20,000 nt of DNA, from positions 245,097 through 265,096 of the forward strand of contig KE560959.1 in assembly GCA_000442015.1 (NCBI GenBank). The letters run 5' to 3'. The DNA is from Rozella allomycis CSF55 (Eukaryota). Position numbers and translations under genes: made by a program. The notes under the pieces are model-generated. The model ran no database searches. It had not been told where the DNA came from and worked only from the letters and a program-made list of their open reading frames with translations. Positions 1 to 11,020 of this stretch are shown here, in pieces. Every line of letters starts with the position of its first letter. Position 1 is the first letter of the stretch.

Positions 1-5
1 TATAG

Positions 6-490
6 GCATTTTTGGCGAGACATGGCTTTGATGTGCTTTTCCCTAACGCTTTTCAAATTGCAACAGGATATGTACCTGCGGATAAAAAACCGGGATTCGA
101 TTTTAAAAGCTTGCTAACGCACTTTTCTCTGGTTAATCAGGTTCTTTCAATGTCAACGCAATTGCATAGGGATATAACATTACAAAATCACAAATATATA
201 GCACACCAAATAGCACTTCTGTATCAATCTATTAATTCAGTATCTGGCTTATTTAACGAGTTTAAACATACTATCGAAGAAGGATTTGACGATATCAAAG
301 CAACATTAAATGAATCCATAGGAATTCCCCAGCTTAGCATTAGTCAAAAACAATGGTAACGTTTGCATAAATTTCAAACGACTAAAGGTTGCGTGAAATC
401 ACATCTAGAATATCTGAAAAGTCACTCATGTTAACCAGTCAGTGTATAGCAAATACCGCCTACACGGATATGTTTATCGCGTTGAAATAA
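6..490 (+). CDS. 3' part of an uncharacterised protein (5' end outside window); exons 6-355 and 388-490
   Basis: ORF 12..359 is preceded by an acceptor-like TAG at 3-5. Removing the 32-nt GT..AAG intron 356-387 continues the frame WLREITSR...FIALK to TAA 488-490, which overlaps AATAAA. No family recognised. Confidence 0.65.
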
Positions 491-499
491 ATATCATAA

Positions 500-580
500 G
501 ACAATGTGTCCGAGTGGTTAAGGAGATAGACTTGAAATCTATTGGGATTTCCCGCACAGGTTCAAATCCTGTCGTTGTCG
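500..580 (+). tRNA. tRNA-Ser(UGA), intronless, long variable arm
   Basis: Acceptor stem GACAATG/CGTTGTC with G discriminator; D loop AGTGGTTAA; anticodon arm ATAGA-CT-TGA-AA-TCTAT (TGA at 533-535); variable arm GGG-ATTT-CCC; T arm ACAGG-TTCAAAT-CCTGT. Confidence 0.96.
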
Positions 581-587
581 TTTTTTT
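581..587 (+). terminator. RNA polymerase III oligo-T terminator of the tRNA gene
   Basis: T7 run immediately after the tRNA discriminator base. Confidence 0.8.
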
Positions 588-716
588 AAGTTCATAAAAT
601 TATGTTTACTTTTCATTGGAAAAGACGCATATTTTATTGGCCCATTGTTTTATATTTCGTTAGTTGCCATTGTACTCTTCTAAGATTTTGAGGTACCTTT
701 ATCCCGAAAATTCGTA

Positions 717-1412
717 ATGGAAAATAGGGAAAAACTGATCAAAACTGCATATAAGAATGTAAAGGCTGTAACAATATTGAGAATAGTATAAACACCGAGA
801 TAGAACTGCCACAGATGTCCAATGGGCGTTGAAAGAATTTCGTAACCTTTTGCTGGAAGTACAAGAATATGAAAGATCAATGTTATATTTATGCCTGACT
901 GGAACTTTACCCATATATTACAGAAATTTGCAATACAATATTCCAATCCAGGTACGTATTCCTTGGTCATATCCTTATGAACCACCTCTTTTGTTAGTGC
1001 AACCAACGTCAAATGTAAATCATACATGAAAACAAATCATATATAGATGGTTATCAAGACTTCACAGCATGTAGATTCTCGTGGTTTATTCTACCACCCT
1101 TATATTTCATATTGGGCTAATCAAGTTAACGTATGGACGTGATATTTATTTTAATACCTAGCAATCATCAATTGTTGGACTTCTCCATATTGCCAAACAA
1201 GTCTTTAGCATGCAGCCCCCTGTATATTCCAAACCATCGCAATTACAACCCCGTGGGGGTCAATATGACTCTTTAGCTGATGAAAGGCCAGTGAAAGAAG
1301 CGACTATGGAAACATCTATACGTTCTGCGGCAAACGATGCTTTAAATGGCTTGATGTCGCAACTCAAAGCCCAAATATCGAACGAATTAGAAACTGAATT
1401 ATTAAACAATGA
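717..1412 (+). CDS. TSG101: ESCRT-I subunit TSG101/Vps23, 5' part (UEV domain and start of coiled coil); introns 759-786, 1015-1046, 1131-1161; interrupted at N1413
   Basis: Spliced translation YKHRDRTATDV...LCLTGTLPIYYRNLQYNIPIQVRIPWSYPYEPPLLLVQPTSNMVIKTSQHVDSRGLFYHPYISYW...FSMQPPVYSKP matches the TSG101 UEV pattern. Confidence 0.93.
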
Positions 1413-1413
1413 N

Positions 1414-2352
1414 AATTTAAGTAAACATGTTTACCAAGCCGGGGAGTTCAATTTTGAGAACCAAATACTTTGGTTTTCTGGCCCTAGATTCATTGTTTGA
1501 GTAGTACGCATATTCGGAGTAATCAAATTCACCTCTGTGAATTATGGTGTACTTTGGAGTGACCAATTCTTTCTGTTTCTTTTCTCCAATCATCTTTTCT
1601 ACATATTCAATAGATGTTTCTTCTTTTCTGTCTTGAATGTCTTTGGAAGGTTCTTTAATGATCGATTTGTAAATGTTTCCTTTGTATTTAATATATTTGA
1701 TTTCTTCATAGTCTCCCGTAGCAGTAAAACATAGTACTTACCTTTATCCAAACCCAAATCAAAATTTTTGTTTGCGGAATCAATTGAAATGTCAACCAGC
1801 ATTTTTTTAAACAAATCCAAAATATTGTAATACTCAATTATCTCGGGACTCATAAGATATCAACAATGGTAACGATTTGTCCATCTAAATAATACCTCAA
1901 GATATTCTACCTTCATCAGTATCCTCTCGTGGAGGAACTATCCTATGAGGAATGTGCCACTGTCCGTCCTTTTTCAACTCAACCTTATCAACATTCTTAT
2001 TAACAGCAATATTGACATAAACAAATTTATCTCCTCTTCCTTTACATTTTACGGCAAATCCTAATATCATTCATAGATTCTAGCATACCAGGTGTAGGTT
2101 CCAAAAACACAACGTTATTTCCTTTTTCTTTTTCGAGTTTTGTTATCTCTTCTTCGTATTTCTATTCGAAAACGAAGTTAGTTTTACTTTTCTATTATCA
2201 GGATCATTAATTTCCTGCAAATATTCACTGAACATTTTTAAGAACTCTTTATCTTTAAAGGCAGTCTCAAATTGTTTCATTTCCTGGTACATTAGGTCTT
2301 GATTACGTACCTCACGCGTCAATTTAATTTCATTCTCTTCTCCAGAAGTCAT
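1414..2352 (-). CDS. DNAAF2: Kintoun/DNAAF2 (PF13), PIH1-domain axonemal dynein assembly factor, 5' part; truncated at N1413; apparent 1-nt frameshift near 1853
   Basis: Spliced translation EMKQFETAFKDKEFLKMFSEYLQEINDPDNRKKYEEEITKLEKEKG...FLEPTPGFAVK...YVNIA...WHIPH...FKKMLVDISID...IKYKG...TPKYTIIHR...LVLKIELPGL follows the kintoun N-terminal/PIH1 motifs. Five tiny introns plus a sixth donor before the N. Confidence 0.88.
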
Positions 2353-2516
2353 AATATGTAATTCAGAATTTTCAGGTTGGATGTTTTCTCATTCTTTTTT
2401 CAATTAGCTCAAATATCATTCTATTCAGAAGTAGATTAGTAGAGCAGAAGAAGTAAAACTCTTTAATACCAATTACAATAAACTATTCCTCGATTCAAGA
2501 ATTTTTAGAAATTACT

Positions 2517-2899
2517 ATGACCAATGTTTACACACCTTTTTGTTTCCCGATATCTTTAAATAGACAAAATGCAAGTAATGAAGTAGATTTTAAGGAACCT
2601 GTGGTAAGTAACATTCCAGAAGGGGAGCTGCTTGTAACACGATAAAAAAATTGATAAAGTAGAATTTAATTGTGTCAATAAGTGCAATATTTGCCTTCTT
2701 AATCAAAAATCAATATTTTTCGTGGATCTCTTTCTTTATGGTTATTCATTGTTTCATCAATACACGCACTGCTAGCGAGAAGAGAAATCTTTTACCCATC
2801 TTAATGTAAAAACATGTTTTACGAAAAAGCAGGATTTCCATGTCAGGGATATTCGCAACCATGATCGACAAGCAAAAGAGAAACCTCCTGAAAATTTAA
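2517..2899 (+). CDS. WDR83OS: Asterix/PAT10 (WDR83OS, UPF0139) small ER membrane chaperone subunit; introns 2634-2662, 2806-2832; start codon uncertain
   Basis: Not in the ORF track. Spliced peptide GELLNLIVSISAIFAFLIKNQYFSWISFFMVIHCFINTRTASEKRNLLPILMISMSGIFATMI aligns by eye with Asterix [62 protein letters not shown]. Confidence 0.72.
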
Positions 2900-2911
2900 G
2901 CTAAAAATAAN

Positions 2912-3367
2912 ACAATGAAATGCTTCATGACAATAACAGATTTCTTTCGACTTTGAAAGAAGAGCTACTTAAAGAAAGAGTACAAATTATACGCCCCATA
3001 TTTTATAGGTTGCCTGTTCAAACGCATGTGAAACGCTTCTGAAAAATGAGCAAATTATATCCACACAGTTGGAAAAATATAATTCTTTAAATGATGTCAA
3101 TATTGATGACCTATTTGATACGGATTGCAAATACAAGCAGTAACCATCTCTTCTATTTTTGAAAGACTTCAAGATCTCTCCGCGGAAGAGCACACGATAG
3201 AGGACTGTATATATTATTTCAGCAAAGCGTTAAATAATGAAACTATTGAGCTTAATGTATTTCTTCGAGTAACATGCTTTGTTCTTATTTAAGAGAATAT
3301 TCGAATTTTGGCCAAAAACCTCTTTTTAAAGAAAGAATTTATTAAAAAATTACAAAATTCGTTGTAA
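2912..3367 (+). CDS. TSG101: TSG101/Vps23, 3' part (coiled coil and Vps23 core/steadiness box); introns 2980-3008, 3140-3165, 3269-3295
   Basis: Spliced translation VNIDDLFDTDCKYKQLQDLSAEEHTIEDCIYYFSKALNNETIELNVFLRNIRILAKNLFLKK matches the TSG101 C-terminal core. It joins the 5' part in frame through the shared ACAATGA, giving about 323 aa. Confidence 0.9.
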
Positions 3368-3648
3368 ATGTATTTGGGCGTTTGCGATTTGGCATCTGAG
3401 ATTTCTTACTCTAATAACTGAAACCACTTTTTAATTCTTCTGAGAAAAAGGCCATCAGCCTTAGTATTGTTTTAGCCTTTTTCTCCTCAAATCCCATGAA
3501 AATTGTGACATGAAAATCTTATCTGTTCCGGGACATGGTAAAAGTTGAATATCGAAAATGATTTCCATAATTTAACGCTCAGCCGAGTACGCATAAAGTT
3601 GGTAAAATGGACCAATGGCACGATATAGTTCTAACTTTTTAAGTTTTT

Positions 3649-4081
3649 TCACTTTATTTTCTGTTTTTCGTCCTTGTCTATCAAAAATATACCCATTAAA
3701 ATGACACCTATCCCGATCAACCATAAAGTGTCAATGTTCTCATGTAAAAATGTTTTGCTGATAATTGCCTAATGAATGAATAATCCAAATATTATTACTG
3801 TAAAAATAATGTTGTTTGCTAGTGTGAAACTAGATACTTGAATTGTCGACACTGACGCAGACAATGATCTTGTGTAAAAATACCACATTAATATATTGTA
3901 TAATATATTCAGGGTTATTTCTGAGATTTTTATGGTGGGAGACCGCTTCATTTAGTCATCGAGAAACTCCTACTGTGATACTATGTGATTCTTGAACGAA
4001 CGTAGAGAGAAAAAGTTTTGCAGTCAAAGAGGTGAAGGCAGCGAAAAACCCAGCAGCGGCAGAAAGCAACATCCACTTCAT
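3649..4081 (-). CDS. TMEM42: TMEM42-like small multi-pass membrane protein (DMT/EamA-like); two tiny introns
   Basis: Spliced peptide MKWMLLSAAAGFFAAFTSLTAKL...NILMWYFYTRSLSASVSTIQVSSFTLANNIIFTAIISKTFLHENIDTLWLIGIGVILMGIFLI shows the AG.F.A..S..AKL, N.LMW..F.R.L and E....LW..G..LIL.G..LI motifs of TMEM42. Confidence 0.8.
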
Positions 4082-4140
4082 GAGGATTTAAAATTGAAAA
4101 ATCACAATTTACTATTTATTAAATATTAGCAAAAAATACG

Positions 4141-6497
4141 TTAGGCAGAATGATGAGGGTTTTCAAATTTCTTTGCTGTTTTACTTTGTTTATTCAAATG
4201 TTCTTTTCCGAGCTTATTCCAGGGATAGGCAGTGTTTTCATGTAAGACATGTTTTTTTAACTGAACTGGGACAGAGTATGCCCTTTGTCTCGGCTTTATG
4301 GGTAGAGAAATATATTGTTTTCCTTCTAAAAGCTGTCTACGATATTGGAGTAAATTTTGGTAATCCGTAGCACGCTGCGTTTGTTTTTCAATGACTTGGG
4401 CCTTCAATTGAAAGGCGTAATTTCGAGAGTCATTGATGTCTTTTGGTGGCTAAATTAACATCCGGTATAGAAAGTACTTCAGGATGTAAAATATCTGTGG
4501 CGGTATGTTTGCCATTCATTTTCGCAACACCCAAATCCCATAATTCAGGAATAGACTGAAACATTTGTTTCTATAAACTTACTTTGGGTTCATTGATCAC
4601 ATCTTCAAAGTCAGGTGCAACCTACATAAGTTACAGTTATTGCCGTTACTCTGCGATTAGTATTGTTAGTAGGAGCGCCAGCACCTTTGATAAATAAAAT
4701 CAATGTATACCTGGTTTGCCAAAAGGATAATAGTTCAAATTTTTCCTGTCAAGCTCTTCCTCTTGTGTTCTTAATTTATCCACTATTGATTGCTTTTGCA
4801 GTCTTATCATATCCAAATCCAGTTTATATTTCCTGTTTCCCTCTTGGTCCTTTGTAGCTTCTAATTTAACAATAATATTATAACATTATACCAATAGGCA
4901 ACGGCATCGTTGTCTCGATTTTGGAATCAATCACATTTAGCCTCGGTGCGCCATTCCCAGGTAATCCGAATTCAAAAAAATCCTGCAATCTTTATAAAGT
5001 TGATGTTACTGATGTATTTCTGTTATGAATACCCTTAAATGCTTCAAGTGGAGCTTTTAATATAATATCTGTTGTGTGATGTGCATTTCTATTTTCGGTC
5101 TCCAATGGCTTCACATTCAAGTAGTTTGGTTTTTCAAGATTTACACCTTTCTTTTCCAAGAGGAATTTTTGTTGTTTATCTAAACTAGCTTTATAATCTT
5201 CAGAGTTTTCAATAACATTGAGTCTTCTCTTCATTTCCAACTCGGGCGTTTCTTCCACTTGATGAATTAGTTTAGCCTTAAGATTCCCAGAAGAATCCAA
5301 AATTGGGGCTCCAGAGCCAACGGCCCCAAATTTAAAGTACGTAAGCTCTTCATTAATAACCTACGTATTATTTTCTTTCGTGTAGAATTACTTCTGAATT
5401 ACTATTCACAATGGCAATTTTGTTTTGAACCTGCTGATCTAATTCAGCATGATACGCCATCATTTGGTTAACAGTAGGGCGCTTTCTGTTTTCGTTTTCT
5501 AATAAGTTTTTGTGATGAAAATTGGCATTGGCGGTACAAATTTTTCGATCTCTATCAAAAGGGAAGTACTAGGTAAATTAACTTGCGCAAGTTACTGGCT
5601 CAACTTTTTGTAATCTATCTTGTTCCTCAAACATTTTCTTTTTATTCTTATGGGCCATTTGGGATTCTATTATAGCGAGATATATTTTTTTATACGTAGA
5701 GTCTTCAACAAGTCATTTCTACGTTCTATTTCTTCTTCAGAGTATATCTATCAATATTGAAATTGTAATATTACTTCACCAAAGGCTTTTTTCAACTTTG
5801 GATTCACGACTGTTGACTGGAAAATCAGACTATTGGTAGTAGGATCCTCAATAATCTATCTTGTTAAATATCGCATTTTTACATTCTTATGGTCTTTTTC
5901 TTTATCTCGCGCAACAGTTTTATTAAATTCGCCTATTCTTCAGTCTATACAAGCATTACTGACGTCAAAGGCAAGTTGCCTTCTCGCGAGTCTTTCTTCG
6001 TAAGATAAAGCATACTTGGGGTCGGTTATTTCATTGCTATGCACCGCCTTTGGAATTTGCTTTCTTTCTTCGCCGAAAAATGACTGATTTAGTCCTATTA
6101 CGAACATGACAATATCGTACCAGAGAATGATTGCGCTCTTCTTATTACCGGTATTTGCAATTGCTCGCGTATGATATCATTGCCCGCTAGATTTTGTTTT
6201 ATACCAATCGTTGTTCTGTTATCTTTAAAGTAGTTTGCCATTTCTGTTGCGGAACCATTTTGAGGGTCTGTATTTTTAAACCACTACATTTTACAATCTT
6301 GTCGTATTTGCTGTTTGGTAATTTGTAGATTACGATCACCTTCTGAAGGCTCAATGTTAATACATACTTATCTGCATTTTTGCGAAAGTTCTCGCTGGTG
6401 AACTGAAAGTTCTTGGCCTTTGTTGAATTTTTAATAGCAATGGATCTAATGGGGTCATATCATGATGTAAAAGAGATAACGGTGAATTTTTGTTCAT
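4141..6497 (-). CDS. CSPP1-like ciliary/centrosomal repeat protein (helical segments each followed by an aromatic-FG-x-PG-x-GAP motif); about 15 tiny introns
   Basis: A continuous frame from ATG 6497 (MNKNSPLSLL) to the stop at 4141 can be spliced using 15 GT-AG introns of 25-33 nt. Contains YFKFGAVGSGAPILDSSGNLK, FFEFGLPGNGAP and YYPFGKPGAGAP, resembling the PWGKGGGGAPLRD..GNL motif of CSPP1. Confidence 0.6.
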
Positions 6498-6639
6498 TGT
6501 CGTGTGTTAAATCGGAACAATGTATGCCTAAATTTAGATCTAAAAACTTTAATACCAGAAGTTATGAGATTGATATATTTAGATTGGGATTAGATTTGTA
6601 CAAATTTAGACTCATAAGTGAGTTGAAATTTTCCTGAAA

Positions 6640-8531
6640 ATGAAAACCTTCTATGAATCTCCTCACTTTATTGAGCTAGCAGGAAATGAAGGTACACCAT
6701 CTTTTTTACGCTTTTAGGGGATACGTCAGTAGTTCTTAAGTATGAAATTCTTATTGATTTTGAATTCGAGTTAAATTTTTTTTCTGGTTCTACTGAGCAA
6801 CAGGTAGAGCAAATTTTAACTAAAATAAAAGATTAAATATTCAAAGGTTAGATTAGAGGATTCGTATTTTCAAGATGATATTTTGGAAGCTACCGTAAAA
6901 AACGACGTCGAGCATTTGATGATGCTTACGAACGGTATAATTGTTTTTAGTGATTATATGATTCACGTTGATGGACAAACAAGGAAAGAATTGAGTAAAT
7001 TTTACAATTTGTTTTGTTAGTTTTTAGAAAGTGTTACACGAATGAAGAAATTTTAATAGCAAAGTACCATTCTCCCATACGACACTTTAAAGTGAAATTG
7101 ATATCAGAAACGAATGACTGCTTAAATTTCATGATGATTGTCATCGTTTATTCTGGGGCGTTTCTATATTCCGCTGTTTTCAAGAACAACGAACTATTTA
7201 TTGAATCTACTAAAGAAATGACCGATGTGGACGCTAATAATGTCAGAGAAATATCTTTTTTCGGGGACTTGATAGCATTTTTGCTATGTGACCACCGTGT
7301 TTACCTGTTTAATTTTCGACAGGAAACATGGCTCGAGGCTCCTCCCAACTTCTATACCATTTCGATGTCACAAACACTACATTCGAACGCAATAGCTCTT
7401 TATAATTTTGATACGAATGTTTATGTGCTAAATAATTCGTCAGATGGATTGTGCATATCAACATCAAAATGTCCAGGTCACATGCCCTTACTGTTTTCTT
7501 GTTTTTTGTCAAATTACATTATCTATTGCACAGAAAAAAATATCGAATTTTATTGTCTTGAAACGTACAAATCATACACATTTTGCCATAATATAATGGA
7601 GCCCTTGCAAATGATGGTGTCCAGTTGTTATGACGCTGGTAATCCCCAAATATTTTAAAAATAGTGATTATTGCATTGAAATCATATAAAAATTTGAATA
7701 TGTTTACATTTTTGGTGGAAAAGAATGTCCGAATTATTTCCCACCCCATACGGATCGGAATTGACGAAGAATTTGATTTCTACTTTGATTTTCCGCACTT
7801 AGCTATTCTAACCTGCAACAAAATTACAATGCTCTCTGTTCAAAGAGAATTTTTCCCTTCAGTTTTTGAAAATCTTGATATCAAATGTATTTCGGTGATG
7901 CCGCCGTCGCATCCAACCCTTTTCAAGAGAAAGGTTGAATTTAACTGGACTTTATTATATGACAGTAAATGGATTTTTTTAAATTTTATAAGATATTGTA
8001 GGCCAATACTTCAACAGCCAAAATTATGCGAAATCTGAAAATCCAACCTCCAAAATCCTATCTCAGAGAGAGCCAAAAGTTTATAACGGATGGAAACATT
8101 TGAATGGAATTATTTGCGTCAATGTGGAGAATATTCAACCCTTTAATGAATCATCCTTTCTTTTTGTCGATAAGACTTCAAATGAGTTAGTCGGGTTTTT
8201 AAACGATCAATTAAACGCTTCAAAAAATTTACCTAATCCAAGTTTTGATTACATTAGTGATCAAGCATCTAGTCAAGACTTTATAAAGGAACTTTCCGAT
8301 TTATGGGATGTGGGCTTAGCGGTTGAGCCAACAAATAAGCAAGAGTTGAAGAAAAGAAAACCAAGGAAGAGTATTCAGAATACCATGCCTATTGTCAGAT
8401 CATCACAGGAAGTGTCCTCTCAATTCAGCACCCAAAATTCAAATCATATTTTTAGATGGGGATCACAGAGACTTGAAAGTTCTCAAAGTACTAATAAGAA
8501 CTCAAAGCCTAAAAGAAAGCGCGGATTTTAA
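6640..8531 (+). CDS. RRN6/TAF1C-like RNA polymerase I core-factor subunit (divergent); five tiny introns
   Basis: Spliceable frame from ATG 6640 through ORFs 7014, 7664 and 8100. Beta-rich N-terminal half, LSDLWDVG motif, and SQ-rich tail ending KPKRKRGF as in RRN6/TAF1C C-termini. Family call rests on these motifs only. Confidence 0.6.
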
Positions 8532-8567
8532 ATAAAGAAATTTTGTAATTTTCATTGTAAATCCGTA

Positions 8568-10970
8568 ATGCCATTTGAAGATGTTCCTTATTGTCTTCTT
8601 TCAGCTACAACATTTGACGATGAATATAGCCTAAAAGAATTTTCTGCAAAAGGATGGCAGTCAGCAAAGTACTGACATAAAATATAGTTTTTTTAGAAAC
8701 TCGTCTTATCCCCAAGACCTAATTATCAAAATAGAATCCCCAAACCCAGTATATGTGAAACATATCAAGATTCTTAGTCACCAGTATCAAATAATTTCAT
8801 GCTTAGAAATATCGATTGCTAAGAGCGATTTAAACTTTGAATTATTGGGGTAATTGCTTATTTATATTTATAGAACACAGGTTTATTACATTTGATGAGA
8901 ACACGGAGAGTGAATTTCAAACACAGGAATTAAAAACTATACAAATAGGTCATTATGCTTTGTACATCAAGCTTGATATTCTAGACATTCATCGCAATAA
9001 GTTGAATATTTTTAATCAAGTAATGGAATATAATGTAAAGTTTAAGGCGTCAATTTTGTCTTTCAAAATAGTAACAGAATCTCAGACTCAGCGTATGAAT
9101 GAAAATAGTGTATATTACCATCAAGATATGTGGATAAATGATATAATTGAGAAATATAAAAAACAAAAGTTTGATTATGTGTTAAAAGAAGACTATCTGC
9201 GGGCGAAAAGGTCAAAAGAGATTATTGAATTAATAGAAACTGTAAACATATTGTTAACGCATGTCAGGTCGCGAATGAAATTGTATCTTTGTCTTTAGAA
9301 AAGTCAAAGGCTGTTTCAGAAGAGAACTTTGATCTTGCTCATGACCTCAAATTGAGAATTGAAAAAGTCAAATTAAGTCTGGAGAAAGATATTAACAGCT
9401 TAGAAAGTGGATCATTCGAAGAAAATCAGCATCAAAATCATATCGATCAGCGAAATGTTCAGGAATTATCTAAGAAGACAGTAATCACCCAGGACGAAGA
9501 AAGGCCGCTGCCAGCGTTACAGAATAAAAACATCGCGATAGAAACTACCGAGGAATTGTCCGAGTCAATCAAAAAAGAATTTGAGATTGTTATTTCCCTC
9601 TTTGGGCTTGATTTGTTATCAGACCTCCTCTCAAGGAATTTTCAGAAACAAATTTCTGCGTTTCAATCAATTTTAGAGCAAATAAATGATTCTTGGGAAT
9701 CAGATCCAGTAATACTTAAATGTGATTTTTAGAAGAAAAGTACGTGTCTTGCTTGTATTCAATGTATGGCCATTGCTCTAGGGGATTCGAGGGAAAAAAT
9801 TGTGAGTTATGCATACTTAATTTGGTTTAAAATATCAGGTAAGTTTTAAAATTTGATTTAATTAAGCAAAAAATCTTCACGGCATGTCTTACATGTTTAA
9901 AGAAATAGAATCGATAATTCCGCAACTCTTAGTTAAAGGGTCGGATTCAAATGTGAGAATTAAGAAAGTATATTGCTAAATTGTGTCATAGTAGGTCGTT
10001 TTAGATATTATTCTCGATATTGCGGGTATTTTCTATTGCCTCCCAGAAAGTATTTATCCCCATTTAATCCGCCCATTCAATAAAAGCACGCCATCCAGAA
10101 TACTTAAAGGGCGGCTTGATATTGTCTACCAAGTTTTACTTGAAACCGAAATCCCTCCCCATAGTGGATGGTCGCTAGAGGTATTAATACCTTTTATTAT
10201 AATCCAGAATTTAATGTCCTTTATAAAGGATCCGTTAACCTTTTCCGCTACTGAAATTAGAGAAGTATCCCAAAATATCGCTAGGAAACTTTACTTGCTT
10301 TTTGGCAATAAGATTGAGTCTTATTTATCACATTTAAAAGATAATCAAATTAAAGTAATTTTACTTTTTCCACTTTATAGCTTATCACTGCAATTGTTGA
10401 AACACCTGGGTCTGAAAAATCGGAAAAGCATATACCGAGTAAGAGAAAAGAAAAAATTCTTGCATCTATTAAGCCCACAAATAATTATAAAGAAAAGATA
10501 CTTAAAGAAGACCTTCCCCCAGACCAGACCTCCGGAACGGTGCATATTCCTGAAGCATCAAATATGACTTTATCCTCTAAACGAAATGTTTGTGTGTTTT
10601 GCAAAGAACAGTTTTTTGAGACATCGAATGATGTGATGAGTCGTCATTTTAATGAATGCCCACTTTTATGTAAATGCCCTTATTGCTCTAGCCTGAAAGA
10701 GGTTTCTCAATTAAACGAACATGTATTGCATGAGTGCGCTATAAAGCCAAAAGTAATTCAGTGCATGAAATGCTACCTCGCTATTCCTGAGGGTATTTTC
10801 GAACAACATTCGATGAAATGTGAAAGTAAGGAAAAGTAAAACGATACATAGTCTCTGAAGATTTTATCAGGTGTCCCCTTTGCCTTGAATATATCTTGAA
10901 AGATCCATTGCAAGAAGGACTTCGTTGCCACCTCATGAATGGAATTGGGTGCAAGAATAAAATTAAGTAA
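8568..10970 (+). CDS. CEP104: CEP104/FAP256 ciliary tip protein (N-terminal jelly-roll, coiled coil, TOG domain, C2HC zinc-finger array); about 10 tiny introns
   Basis: GWQSAK..YPQDLII...IKILSHQYQI; FITFDEN..FQTQELKTI; AVSEENFDLAHDLK; HEAT-like middle; CVFC..HFNECPLLCKCPYC..LNEHVLHEC..CMKC..H..KC..RCPLC..HLM..GC. Confidence 0.93.
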
Positions 10971-11020
10971 AAATATTTATTTCATTTTGATAAATCGAGT
11001 TATTGAACTATGAAAAATAA

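Larger units (their letters stand above)
1413..2911. other. N-bounded 1,497-bp block inserted inside TSG101, flanked by a 7-bp direct repeat ACAATGA (1406-1412 and 2912-2918); probable mis-scaffolded contig
   Basis: Single N at 1413 and at 2911. The TSG101 frame is restored exactly if the block and one ACAATGA copy are removed. The kintoun gene is cut off at N1413. Confidence 0.85.

Noticed and set aside
500..580. tRNA-Sec or UGA-suppressor reading of the long-variable-arm tRNA
   Set aside because: The anticodon is TGA (reads UCA, Ser), not TCA; 7-bp acceptor and 5-bp T stem are those of an ordinary tRNA-Ser.
663..676. RFX X-box-like GTTGCCATTGTAC
   Set aside because: The second half-site does not fit RGYAAC and it lies upstream of TSG101, not a ciliary gene.
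1414..1500. C-terminal part of ORF 1210..1500 (NLSKHVYQAGEF...) as the TSG101 C-terminus
   Set aside because: It reads across N1413 into the antisense of kintoun; the real C-terminus is at 2919-3367.
1414..2910. Transposon with 7-bp target-site duplication
   Set aside because: No transposase, no terminal inverted repeats or Helitron ends, both borders are Ns and a host gene is cut at one border. The AATTTAAG near both ends is an AT-rich coincidence.
3509..3530. U6-like segment (minus strand ACAGATAAGATTTTCATG versus ACAGAGAAGATTAGCATG)
   Set aside because: The ACAGAGA box and catalytic AGC triad are both altered and the flanks do not match U6.
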